Positions 10,138-20,022 of a stretch of 64,000 nucleotides of DNA are shown here, one piece after another. A program made the translations under genes and the position numbers. Under the pieces are notes generated by a model that had not been told where the DNA came from, ran no database searches, and was given only the letters and a program-made list of their open reading frames with translations. The stretch is taken from positions 36,202 through 100,201 of the forward strand of contig CAZLLR010000001.1 in the NCBI GenBank assembly GCA_964560655.1. The letters run 5' to 3'. How positions within the stretch are numbered: the first letter of the stretch is position 1; the number at the start of each line of letters is the position of its first letter. Source of the stretch: an uncultured Candidatus Saccharibacteria bacterium (GTDB taxonomy: Bacteria > Patescibacteriota > Minisyncoccia > GCA-002772825).

Positions 10138-11586
10138 CTATATTTTCTTTATTTTTTGTCCGACAGAGGTGTCTTCCACAGAGTAACCGAGTTCATTTAT
10201 CTTATCTCGGAGATCATCAGCTTTTCCCCAATCTTTTTCTGTGCGAGCTTCTTCTCTTTCTTTAGCAACTGCCAATACATCTTCTGGTATTTTCTCTTCT
10301 TTTATCTCTGCCAGGTCAAGACCAAGCACTTCGTCAAACCTTTCTATAAGTTCTAGTGTTTTCACTGAGTCTTCCTTAGAGAATTTATGCTCGTCTATGA
10401 GCTTATTTATATGTGTAGTAAGACTAAAGAGCACGGCAAGGGCCTCAGGAGTATTCAGGTCATCGTTTATCACTTTATAAAACTCTTTCTTGGCCTCACT
10501 TAATAGCTCTTTTACCAGAGGAGAAAAAGAGCCATCTCCTGAGACACCTCTCAACCTTTCTGTGAATTCATAAAGACGTGAGAGCCCGCTTTTAGCCTGG
10601 TGTAGTGACTCCCAAACAAACTTCATCGGCTTATGATAGTGAGTCTGAAGGAGAAGAAAACGAAATTCAAGAGGGGAGAAGCCGTGCTCTACTAGAGCAG
10701 CAAGGGTTATAAAACCACTGGCAGATTTAGACATTTTAGCGTCACCGAATTTAAGGAAAGCTCCGTGTATCCAATATTTGGCAAGAGGCTTGCCTGTAGC
10801 CGCTTCAGATTGAGCTATCTCGTTTGTATGATGTACCCTTATATGATCTTCCGCCCCGCAATGTATATCAAAGCTCTCTCCAAGGTACTTCATAGACATC
10901 GCCGAACACTCTATATGCCAGCCAGGGAAACCTTTACCCCAAGGACTCTTCCAGCCAAGCCCTGAGTTAAACTTCCATAAAGCGAAATCTCTTAAGTGTC
11001 TCTTCTCCGGGTTAATACCTATCCTAGCAAATTTTTCATCTGATCCTAGTGGAGAATCCTCGTCTTTTAAGAGTCCGGCAAGCTTGCCATAATCTTCCAA
11101 CTTAGAAATATCAAAATAAACTCCGTCACTCGTGGTGTATATATACCCTTTCTCTTCCAGTCTTTTTATCAAGCCTAGTTGCTCTTGTATGTGAGCTGAA
11201 GCAGAGCAATAAATATCAGGTGATATAATGTTGAGCTTCTTTATGTCTTTCTTAAATTTATCAGCATAGAAAGCACCTACTTCCTCCATAGACTCAAGGG
11301 TAAGAGGCTTTCCTTCTCGCCTGAGTGCTTTAGTCATCTTGTCTTCACCTTCATCCGCGTCAGAGACCAAATGCCCCACATCAGTGAAATTCATAACATG
11401 ATTAACATCATAGCCATTATGTACTAAGACACGCTTAAGTATATCTTCAAAGACATATGTCCTTAGGTTCCCTATGTGAGCATAGTCATATACGGTTGGA
11501 CCGCAGGTGTAAAATCCCACTTTCTTATCGACAAGTGACCTAAAGACTTCTTTTTTCCTTGAAAGAGTATTATATAATTTCAACAT
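10138..11586 (-). CDS. cysS: Cysteine--tRNA ligase
   Basis: CGPTVYDYAHIGN, PGWHIECSAM, KMSKS. Confidence 0.98.
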   Translation of the reverse strand: MLKLYNTLSRKKEVFRSLVDKKVGFYTCGPTVYDYAHIGNLRTYVFEDILKRVLVHNGYDVNHVMNFTDVGHLVSDADEGEDKMTKALRREGKPLTLESMEEVGAFYADKFKKDIKKLNIISPDIYCSASAHIQEQLGLIKRLEEKGYIYTTSDGVYFDISKLEDYGKLAGLLKDEDSPLGSDEKFARIGINPEKRHLRDFALWKFNSGLGWKSPWGKGFPGWHIECSAMSMKYLGESFDIHCGAEDHIRVHHTNEIAQSEAATGKPLAKYWIHGAFLKFGDAKMSKSASGFITLAALVEHGFSPLEFRFLLLQTHYHKPMKFVWESLHQAKSGLSRLYEFTERLRGVSGDGSFSPLVKELLSEAKKEFYKVINDDLNTPEALAVLFSLTTHINKLIDEHKFSKEDSVKTLELIERFDEVLGLDLAEIKEEKIPEDVLAVAKEREEARTEKDWGKADDLRDKINELGYSVEDTSVGQKIKKI

Positions 11587-11597
11587 TTTAAAAATGA

Positions 11598-12512
11598 CTA
11601 CATCCAGCCTTTCTTTTTAAAGAAGCTGAACATAAATATAGTTGCAATAGCCATTATAGCCATTACCACCCAGAAGTCACCCTTTACCCCTACTATCGGC
11701 AAGTATCGAGTATTCATGCCAAAGATGGCTGCAATAAGAGATAGCGGAAAAGTGACAAAAGCCATGATAGTAAGAAACTTCATAACCTCATTCGTCTTTG
11801 TAGAAAGAAGTGAGTCGTTCGTCTCGCGGAGGTCTGTTAAAGTCTCTTTCTGTATTTCAAGCTGGCTAGCTACTTTAAAATATTCGCCGACCATATCAGA
11901 TAGATGATAAGAAAAATCTTTACCGAAGAAATTAACCCCGGCAACTTCAAAAGAGGAGAGGATCTCTTTGTGTGGACGCACTGCTTGATTAAAATTAATA
12001 AGATCCCTGTTTACTATAGATATACTTTTTACCATCTGCTTCTCCTTACCATTGAAAATATTATCTTCTATAAGCTCGATCTTCTCACCTATATGATCAA
12101 GTTGCCTTAGTGAGAACTCGTAAAGCTGGCGAAGTATATAGAAGACGAGGAAGCCGGCGTGTTCGCCGATATTACTCTTGTCTAAGATGGAGTTTACCTC
12201 AAACATTTTTGAGAACTCATGAAGAGGGTCGATAGTCTCATAGTGAGTAGTGATCAAGAAATTTTTCCCGATAATAAAATCAACTTCTCTCCCGTCTGAG
12301 CCTTGCGTCTTCTGACTATAGACAGGAAAGTGGAGTATGAGGTAGATGAGGTTGGGGTAGACGTCCACTTTCGGGCGAAGAGTCGGGCGCATGAGCTCGT
12401 CAGCAACAAGGATAGGGATAGAAAAATCTTTCATAATCTTCTCTATATCGTCTCTTGTCGGAGATTCAAGGTTTACCCAAATTAGCTTCTTGTGTTTATA
12501 AGTTGTCATCAT
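11598..12512 (-). CDS. corA: CorA family Mg2+ transporter
   Basis: C-terminal two TM with FGMN motif, NEVMKFLT. Confidence 0.9.
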   Translation of the reverse strand: MMTTYKHKKLIWVNLESPTRDDIEKIMKDFSIPILVADELMRPTLRPKVDVYPNLIYLILHFPVYSQKTQGSDGREVDFIIGKNFLITTHYETIDPLHEFSKMFEVNSILDKSNIGEHAGFLVFYILRQLYEFSLRQLDHIGEKIELIEDNIFNGKEKQMVKSISIVNRDLINFNQAVRPHKEILSSFEVAGVNFFGKDFSYHLSDMVGEYFKVASQLEIQKETLTDLRETNDSLLSTKTNEVMKFLTIMAFVTFPLSLIAAIFGMNTRYLPIVGVKGDFWVVMAIMAIATIFMFSFFKKKGWM

Positions 12513-12637
12513 AATGAAATCATTATACCGTAAATAACAAAATTGTTTAAACTGACTATGTGGACACGCAACTTTTTACTAGTTTTTCCACAGCTTAGAT
12601 TAGAATAATTTAAATACTGCATGTTAATATAAAGTAT

Positions 12638-12787
12638 ATGGAAAGTATTTTATATTTCATCGCAGGTGTAGCTTTAGGTTCTTACCTCAGCCGAAGTTGG
12701 AATACCAAAGGCTTCAAGACTCTCAAGAAAAAAATAAAATCTAAAAAGAAAACGTCATTAAGGAAAGACCTCAAAACGACTCTATAG
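12638..12787 (+). CDS. Small membrane-anchored basic protein, 49 aa (MESILYFIAGVALGSYLSRSWNTKGFKTLKKKIK...)
   Basis: N-terminal hydrophobic helix plus Lys-rich tail; TGTTAATAT-N7-ATG leaderless-type promoter. Confidence 0.55.
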   Translation: MESILYFIAGVALGSYLSRSWNTKGFKTLKKKIKSKKKTSLRKDLKTTL

Positions 12788-12815
12788 TTAGAGATGAGGT
12801 ACTGTTTTAACAAAT

Positions 12816-12857
12816 AAGAATTACATATTTAATTACGTAATTAAATATGTAATTCTT
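12816..12857. repeat. 42-bp perfect loopless palindrome
   Basis: AAGAATTACATATTTAATTAC|GTAATTAAATATGTAATTCTT. Confidence 0.9.
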
Positions 12858-12874
12858 TAAGTGTATAACGAGAT

Positions 12875-12902
12875 TTGACAGATTTTGAGGGGTGTGTATA
12901 AT
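12875..12902 (+). promoter_or_regulatory. Consensus sigma70 promoter of rpoBC operon
   Basis: TTGACA-16-TATAAT about 170 nt upstream of rpoB. Confidence 0.75.
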
Positions 12903-13073
12903 AGTAAACAATATCTAAATGATTGAGTTTTTGAAGCAACATGATAGAAAACAATATAATTAATAGCTTTATTAGTGATCGCTTATCATTTAACTAACTA
13001 AATAAGAAGGAATCTACAAAAATCCCCTGAAGAATAAGGCGGAAGGGCGATTTTTGTATTTTTTTGTTTTTTT

Positions 13074-16000
13074 ATGCATAACAAAACATCATCACATTTA
13101 GGAGAGAAGAAATTTTTCTCTAGATACAAGAAGCCTCTTATTGACCTACCTAACCTTGTAGAAGTGCAGACATTTTCATATGAGTGGTTCTTAAAAGAAG
13201 GTATAAAAGAACTTTTCAATGAGTTCTCACCTATAAATGACTATTCTGATAAAGAATTTACCATTGAGTTTATAGGTTTCTCTGTAGATAAACCTAAATT
13301 TAATGAGTACGAATCAAAGATAAAGAATTTAACATACAGCGCACCTCTCAAAGCTAAAATCAGGCTTACTAATAAATTTCTAAAAGAGGTAAGAGAACAA
13401 GAGATCTTCTTTGCAGACCTTCCTCTTATGACAGACCACGGTACTTTTATAATAAATGGCGTGGAAAGAGTGATAGTGCCTCAGTTGGCTAGGTCTTTTG
13501 GCGCATATTTTACATCTAGTATATTCCGTGGGCACAAATACTTCGGAGCTAAGATAATCCCTAACAGAGGAGCTTGGATTGAAATAGAGACTGATCCAGA
13601 TGGAGCGATCTACGCCAGAATAGATAGAAAGAAAAAAATCCCCGTAACTTCACTTTTGAGGGTTCTTAGAGCTGTAGAAAACAAAAAAACAAACCAAGAC
13701 ATCGGGTCTTACTTTGACAAAATTGATACAGGAAAAATCCCTTATATAAAAAATACTCTGGAAAAAGACATTTTAATAAAGACCGATGAAGACGCTTTCA
13801 TGGAAGTGTTTAGGCGCCTGAGGCCAGAAGAACCTACAACCCCTGAGAACGCAAGGAGTTTTATGGAAAATGTTTTCAGTTCTGCTCGTTACGACCTTTC
13901 TCAGGTTGGACGATACAAACTTAATTATAGACTCGATTTTCCTACAAACAATATAAAGAATGAATCTAAGGTGATCTCTTTTAAAGATATGGTGGCGATA
14001 GTCTCAAAGGTGATAGAGATGAATAATGACCCTAAAGCTACTAGTGATGACATAGACCACTTAGGAAACAGAAGGATACGAGCTGTCGGCGAGATGCTCC
14101 AACAAAGACTCCGTGTGGGAATGTCACGATTGAAGAAGAACATGCAAGATCGCATGTCTACCTTAGACAAAGAGATCCTTATCTCAAGCCAGATAGTAAA
14201 TCCTAGGCCATTTTCGGCTGTAATGAAAGAATTTTTTGCTACAAACCAGCTTTCTCAATTCATGGGACAACAAAACATCCTCTCTGAAGTAGAGCACCTT
14301 AGAAGACTATCCGCCTTGGGTCCAGGAGGACTCACGAGGGAGAGAGCTGGCCTTGATGTTCGTGATGTACATACTTCACACTACGGAAGAATCTGCCCTA
14401 TCCAAACCCCAGAAGGCCCAAACATTGGTCTAGTCGTTAATCTTTCAAGTTATGCCAAGCTTAATGAATACGGCATAGTAGAAACTCCTTATAGGAAAGT
14501 AATAAAAGGAAAGATAACCTCTGAGATTGTTTACTTAAACGCACACGATGAATCTAAATACAACATTGCCAATGCAATGCTTCGTTATGACACTAAGACG
14601 ATGCAGATACTTGATAATGAAGTAGAAGCAAGGTCCCACACTAACCCCGGATATGTTTCTAAAGAAGATGTGGATTTTGTAGAAGTGGCTTCAAATCAAG
14701 CCTTTAGTATCGCCACATCACTTATTCCTTTTCTTGAGCACGATGATGCCACAAGAGCACTCATGGGTTCAAACATGATGAGGCAAGCGACACCTTGTAT
14801 TATCACACAAGCTCCACTTGTATCAACAGGCATCGAAGAGAAGGTTGCTCGTGATTCGGGGAGACTTATTATTGCTAAAGAGGAAGGTGAGATAAGTTTC
14901 GTAGATGCAAGCGAGATAAGAATCAAAGAAAAAGGCTCCAAAAAAGATAGAGTATATAAACTTACAAATTTCTTAAGGACAAATGACTTTACCGCCTTTC
15001 ACCACAAACCTCTTGTCAATATGGGGGATAAGATAAAGAAAGGACAAATCCTAGCTGACAACTCTTCAAGTAAAGACGGACAATTGGCCTTAGGTCAGAA
15101 TATAATGGTCGCTTTCCTTTCATGGGGTGGAGCAAACTATGAAGATGCTATTGTTATCTCAGAGAAACTCGTGAGAGATAATGTGTTCTCTACTATTCAC
15201 CTTGAAGAATTCTCTGTAAATGTACGAGACACTAAGTTGGGGCCAGAGCAAACTACTTTCGATATTCCAAATGTAGGAGAAGATAAACTTAAAGATCTCG
15301 ACGAAGACGGCATAGTAAGAATAGGGGCAGAAGTAAGGTCTGGTGATATCTTAGTCGGTAAAATTACGCCAAAAGGAGAAACTGAGCTCACTCCTGAAGA
15401 GCGTCTATTGAGATCTATCTTTGGTGAAAAAGCACGAGATGTAAAAGACACTTCACTTAGACTCGGTCACGGTAAACGGGGGCGAGTTATTAGTGTCAGG
15501 GTCTTCTCCAGAGAACAAGGAGATAAACTTGAGTCAGGTATAATAAAACAAATTAAAATTGAGGTTGCTCAAATACGAAAGATTTTAGTAGGAGACAAAC
15601 TTTCAGGAAGGCATGGAAACAAAGGTGTTATCTCTAAAGTTTTACCTGAGGAAGAAATGCCTTACCTCGCAGATGGAACACCTGTTGAAATAATCTTAAG
15701 TCCTCTTGGTATCGCAAGTCGTATGAACTTCGGACAGATACTGGAGACCCACTTAGGGTGGGCTGCCGCGCACGGCAATTTCCAGGCAGTTACAACACCT
15801 TTTGACGGAGTAAAAGAAGAAGAGATTGAAGAAGAGCTTAAGAAGGCGGGTCTACCAGGAAATGGTAAAACTCAACTCTTTGACGGGAGGACAGGAGAAG
15901 CTTTCGCTAATGATGTAACTGTCGGCTATATGTATGTAATGAAGCTACATCACATGGTAGAAGACAAGATTCATATGCGTTCCGTTGGGCCTTACTCACT

Positions 16001-16286
16001 TATCACACAGCAACCACTTGGAGGAAAAGCGCAGGGTGGAGGACAGAGGTTTGGGGAGATGGAAGTATGGGCGCTTGAAGGATACGGAGCCGCTCATACA
16101 CTACAAGAAATGCTCACTATAAAGTCAGACGACATCATTGGAAGATCTGCGGCATATGATGCCATAGTGAAAGGTGAACAATTTAAAGAGCCAAATTTAC
16201 CAGCATCATTTCATGTGTTGTTAAACGAACTTAAAGGTCTAGCTCTCGATGTAGAATTAAAAAGTAAAAGTAACGAAGATAAATAA
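13074..16286 (+). CDS. rpoB: DNA-directed RNA polymerase subunit beta
   Basis: FIINGVERV, DIDHLGNRR, GRICPIQTPEG, GDKLSGRHGNKG, GGQRFGEMEVWALE. Confidence 0.99.
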   Translation: MHNKTSSHLGEKKFFSRYKKPLIDLPNLVEVQTFSYEWFLKEGIKELFNEFSPINDYSDKEFTIEFIGFSVDKPKFNEYESKIKNLTYSAPLKAKIRLTNKFLKEVREQEIFFADLPLMTDHGTFIINGVERVIVPQLARSFGAYFTSSIFRGHKYFGAKIIPNRGAWIEIETDPDGAIYARIDRKKKIPVTSLLRVLRAVENKKTNQDIGSYFDKIDTGKIPYIKNTLEKDILIKTDEDAFMEVFRRLRPEEPTTPENARSFMENVFSSARYDLSQVGRYKLNYRLDFPTNNIKNESKVISFKDMVAIVSKVIEMNNDPKATSDDIDHLGNRRIRAVGEMLQQRLRVGMSRLKKNMQDRMSTLDKEILISSQIVNPRPFSAVMKEFFATNQLSQFMGQQNILSEVEHLRRLSALGPGGLTRERAGLDVRDVHTSHYGRICPIQTPEGPNIGLVVNLSSYAKLNEYGIVETPYRKVIKGKITSEIVYLNAHDESKYNIANAMLRYDTKTMQILDNEVEARSHTNPGYVSKEDVDFVEVASNQAFSIATSLIPFLEHDDATRALMGSNMMRQATPCIITQAPLVSTGIEEKVARDSGRLIIAKEEGEISFVDASEIRIKEKGSKKDRVYKLTNFLRTNDFTAFHHKPLVNMGDKIKKGQILADNSSSKDGQLALGQNIMVAFLSWGGANYEDAIVISEKLVRDNVFSTIHLEEFSVNVRDTKLGPEQTTFDIPNVGEDKLKDLDEDGIVRIGAEVRSGDILVGKITPKGETELTPEERLLRSIFGEKARDVKDTSLRLGHGKRGRVISVRVFSREQGDKLESGIIKQIKIEVAQIRKILVGDKLSGRHGNKGVISKVLPEEEMPYLADGTPVEIILSPLGIASRMNFGQILETHLGWAAAHGNFQAVTTPFDGVKEEEIEEELKKAGLPGNGKTQLFDGRTGEAFANDVTVGYMYVMKLHHMVEDKIHMRSVGPYSLITQQPLGGKAQGGGQRFGEMEVWALEGYGAAHTLQEMLTIKSDDIIGRSAAYDAIVKGEQFKEPNLPASFHVLLNELKGLALDVELKSKSNEDK

Positions 16287-16291
16287 ATTTT

Positions 16292-19200
16292 ATGGAAAAA
16301 AAAGTTACAGATTTTGATTCAATAATGTTAAAACTTGCTTCTCCAGAAAAGATTCTTTCGTGGTCTCATGGTGAAGTTACCAAACCTGAAACTATAAACT
16401 ATAGGACTCAGCGCTCAGAGCGTAACGGCCTCTTCGATGAGAGAATATTCGGACCAGAGAAAGACTATGAATGTTACTGTGGTAAATATCGACGTATTCG
16501 CTATAAAGGTATTATTTGTGAAAAATGCGGGGTGGAAGTAACACGTTCTATAGTAAGAAGAGAGAGGATGGGACACATAACACTCGCTGTGCCAGTCTCT
16601 AATATCTGGTTTGTACGAAATATCCCATCAAGACTTGGCTTATTGCTAGACCTTTCAATAGCTAACCTTGAAAAAGTTATTTACTTTGCCGGATACATCA
16701 TCACTAAAGTAAACGAAGAAGAGAAAGCTAAGTTAAGGAGCGACTTAGAGAAGGAATATAAATCTAAAGTCAAAGAAAAAGCAAAGGGAGAAGAGAAAGA
16801 TACTCTTAAAGAGGCTCTAACGGTAGCAAGGAAGGAACTTGATTCAATCAAGCAAAATAAAGTATTGAGTGAAGTTGAATACTATAACCTTAGCCTCAAA
16901 TATGGAGAATTACTTGAGGTAGAAACTGGGGCAGAAGGTCTTTATAATATTTGTAAAAAAATAGATCTTAAGGTTCTCCGCGAAGAGTCTGAGTCTAAAC
17001 TCGATGCGTCTTCCGCCTCAGAAAGGGTAAAAAACCAAAAAAGATTAAAACTAGTACGATCTATGGAGTTAGCTAGTGTCCGTCCTGAGTGGATGTTTCT
17101 AACAGTAATACCTATCACTCCTCCAGCCTTGCGTCCAATGGTTGCTCTTGATGGGGGGAGACACGCCACTTCTGATGTAAATGACCTCTACAGACGAGTT
17201 ATAAACAGAAACAACCGACTTAAGAAGCTTATAGACTTAAGGGCTCCTGATGTAATCTGCCGAAACGAGAAAAGAATTCTCCAAGAGGCGGTAGATGCTC
17301 TAATAGACAACTCCGCTAGGTCTTCACAGAAAACAGCAATATCTCAAGCTCAGAGACGCCCGCTTAAGTCACTCGCTGATATGCTAAGAGGGAAACAGGG
17401 TAGGTTCCGTCAAAATCTTCTTGGAAAACGAGTTGATTATTCAGGGCGAAGTGTTATCGTCGTCGGACCAGAGCTTAAGCTTCACCAATGTGGACTGCCT
17501 AAACATATGGCACTAGAACTTTTCCGTCCGTTTGTTATCTCAAAATTGATCTCAAGAGATATGGCGTTTAACATAAGAGGATCAAACAAACTTATAGATG
17601 AGAAGACTCCGGAAGTTTGGGCTATACTAGAAGAGATTATTAAAGAAAAATATGTACTCTTGAACCGTGCTCCTACTCTACATCGTCTTGGCATCCAAGC
17701 TTTCCAACCGATACTTATAGAAGGAAATGCCATCCAAGTGCACCCTCTGGTATGTACTGCCTTCAACGCAGACTTCGACGGAGACCAGATGGCTGTACAT
17801 GTGCCTCTATCTGACAAAGCGCAAAAAGAAGCAAAAGAGATTATGCTCTCATCTAGAAATCTTCTAAACCCAGGAGACGGTAAGCCCGTCGTACAACCTT
17901 CTCAGGATATAGTACTAGGCTGTTTCTGGATGACACAAATTGTCGCTGGGTCAAAAGGCGAAGGAATGATATTCTCAAGTCCAAACGAGGCTATTACTGC
18001 CTTTGACTTCGGACATGTAGATCTTAAAGCCAAAATACAACTTTTAGGCACAGATAGTCCTACATATAAAGCCTTTAAAGGTAAATTACTTGAAACTTCT
18101 GTAGGGAGACTTCTTTTTAACAGCGTTCTCCCTACAGATTTTCCCTTTGAGAATGAAGAGATGTCTAAGAAAAAGCTTTCATCTATCACCGATGAGCTTA
18201 TACTTAAATACGGTTCTGATAAAACACCTGAAATATTAGATAAAATAAAAAACTTTGGATATAAATACGCCACTAAGTCAGGAATTAGTTGGGGTTACGA
18301 AGACCTCATCATCCCTAAAGACAAACCTGCCCTAGTCAAAAAATCAAGGGATAAAGTCGCTTTAATTGAAGAACATTTTAAGAACGGACTTCTTACTGAC
18401 AATGAACGTTACCAAAAAATTATTGAAATATGGGAAGAAGTAAGAAATGAATTAGATAAGCTAGTTCCTGAAGGATTAGACAAACTTGGACCAGTCCATG
18501 TGATGGTCACCTCAAAGGCCAGAGGAACTTGGGCTCAGATTGCCCAGATGATCGGTATGAAAGGACAAGTGGTGAATCCGGCTGGTAGAATTATCGATTT
18601 TCCTGTTCTCTCAAGTTATAAAGAGGGGCTTACTGTGCTTGAATACTTCATCTCCACTCATGGCGCAAGAAAAGGGCTTGCTGACACAGCCTTAAAGACA
18701 GCTAAAGCCGGATATCTTACAAGGAGGCTTGTTGACGTAGCTCAAGATGTAGTAGTAAACGAATATGACTGCAAAACATCAAAAGGCGTAATAATAAAGA
18801 GGGAAGACGCTATAAAGAAAAATAAAGACCTTTCTGTTTATCTTGATGGACGAATCTTATTAAGCTCACTTAAGGTAACTGTGGATGGAGAAACTCGTGA
18901 ATTTAAAAAGAACCATTTGATAAATAGCGAGGAATCAAAATTTATCGACGCGGGCAATATGCCCGAGGTTATAGTTCGTTCTCCTATCAACTGCGAAGCT
19001 CCTACTGGAGTATGCCAACTTTGCTACGGAAGAGACTTGGGGAGAAACGACTTGGTAAAGATCGGTGCCACAGTAGGGGTAGTGGCAGCTCAAGCCATTG
19101 GTGAGCCTGGAACTCAGCTTACAATGAGAACTTTCCATCTTGGGGGAGTAGCAGGAAGAGGAGATATAACTCAAGGTTTGCCTCGCGTAGAGGAAGTCTT

Positions 19201-19942
19201 TGAGATGATCAAACCTAAAAATCCAGCTATCTTATCTCATGAAGACGGAATAGTAAGCGGTATAACATCAGAAGGGGAAGAGCGGACTCTAACGATATTA
19301 GTAAAAGAGCCTAAGGGAAAATCTGGTAAAGACAAGAATGAAATATCTCATATTATTCCTTTTGGAAGAGACATCATAGTGGAAGAAGGACAGGAAATTA
19401 AGTCAGGGACTCCTCTAACAGACGGCGCCATAGATATAGCAGAGCTCTTCTCAACAGGAGGACAAGAGGCAGCTCAAAATTATATACTCTCTGAGATTGA
19501 TACTATCTATTCTTCTCAAGGAGCGGCTATTGCGAGTAAGCATATTGAAACGATAATAAGTAAAATGTTCTCTAGGTTCAAAGTTAAGAGCCAAGGAGAT
19601 ACTAAGTTCAACACCGGAGAAGTGATTGAAAGGTCAGCTCTTATAGAAGAAAATAATAAGATGAAAGAACAAGGAAAGGAAAAAGCTGAAGGGATAAAAC
19701 AACTTATGGGTATAAGAAAAGTAGCGCTTACAACTGGAAGCTTCTTGTCCTCAGCCTCATTCCAAGACACCACAAGGATATTGGTGCGTACTGCCTTAAG
19801 TGGCGCAGAAGATAAACTTGTAGGACTTAAAGAGAACGTGATGATAGGACGCCTTATTCCAGCAGGAACAGGCTTTAGGAAAAAAGGAGAAAGAAAACCT
19901 GAAAAAGAATATACAGGGGAAGACGAGAAGACTGAAGAGTAG
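16292..19942 (+). CDS. rpoC: DNA-directed RNA polymerase subunit beta'
   Basis: Zinc ribbon CYCGKY...CEKC, NADFDGD active site, GEPGTQLTMRTFH. Confidence 0.99.
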   Translation: MEKKVTDFDSIMLKLASPEKILSWSHGEVTKPETINYRTQRSERNGLFDERIFGPEKDYECYCGKYRRIRYKGIICEKCGVEVTRSIVRRERMGHITLAVPVSNIWFVRNIPSRLGLLLDLSIANLEKVIYFAGYIITKVNEEEKAKLRSDLEKEYKSKVKEKAKGEEKDTLKEALTVARKELDSIKQNKVLSEVEYYNLSLKYGELLEVETGAEGLYNICKKIDLKVLREESESKLDASSASERVKNQKRLKLVRSMELASVRPEWMFLTVIPITPPALRPMVALDGGRHATSDVNDLYRRVINRNNRLKKLIDLRAPDVICRNEKRILQEAVDALIDNSARSSQKTAISQAQRRPLKSLADMLRGKQGRFRQNLLGKRVDYSGRSVIVVGPELKLHQCGLPKHMALELFRPFVISKLISRDMAFNIRGSNKLIDEKTPEVWAILEEIIKEKYVLLNRAPTLHRLGIQAFQPILIEGNAIQVHPLVCTAFNADFDGDQMAVHVPLSDKAQKEAKEIMLSSRNLLNPGDGKPVVQPSQDIVLGCFWMTQIVAGSKGEGMIFSSPNEAITAFDFGHVDLKAKIQLLGTDSPTYKAFKGKLLETSVGRLLFNSVLPTDFPFENEEMSKKKLSSITDELILKYGSDKTPEILDKIKNFGYKYATKSGISWGYEDLIIPKDKPALVKKSRDKVALIEEHFKNGLLTDNERYQKIIEIWEEVRNELDKLVPEGLDKLGPVHVMVTSKARGTWAQIAQMIGMKGQVVNPAGRIIDFPVLSSYKEGLTVLEYFISTHGARKGLADTALKTAKAGYLTRRLVDVAQDVVVNEYDCKTSKGVIIKREDAIKKNKDLSVYLDGRILLSSLKVTVDGETREFKKNHLINSEESKFIDAGNMPEVIVRSPINCEAPTGVCQLCYGRDLGRNDLVKIGATVGVVAAQAIGEPGTQLTMRTFHLGGVAGRGDITQGLPRVEEVFEMIKPKNPAILSHEDGIVSGITSEGEERTLTILVKEPKGKSGKDKNEISHIIPFGRDIIVEEGQEIKSGTPLTDGAIDIAELFSTGGQEAAQNYILSEIDTIYSSQGAAIASKHIETIISKMFSRFKVKSQGDTKFNTGEVIERSALIEENNKMKEQGKEKAEGIKQLMGIRKVALTTGSFLSSASFQDTTRILVRTALSGAEDKLVGLKENVMIGRLIPAGTGFRKKGERKPEKEYTGEDEKTEE

Positions 19943-20022
19943 TTTCTGGCTAGCCTTACACACCCTTTTATTTTATCGGTTTGATAAATATATATTTAAT
20001 TACTTATCTTTATTCTCTTATT

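Noticed and set aside
12559-12592. DnaA-box-like TTTTCCACA plus a weak inverted copy (possible oriC)
   Set aside because: Only one good box and no dnaA/dnaN nearby.
8707-19942. Inteins or introns in dnaB, rpoB, rpoC
   Set aside because: Lengths are normal or compact and motifs are uninterrupted.
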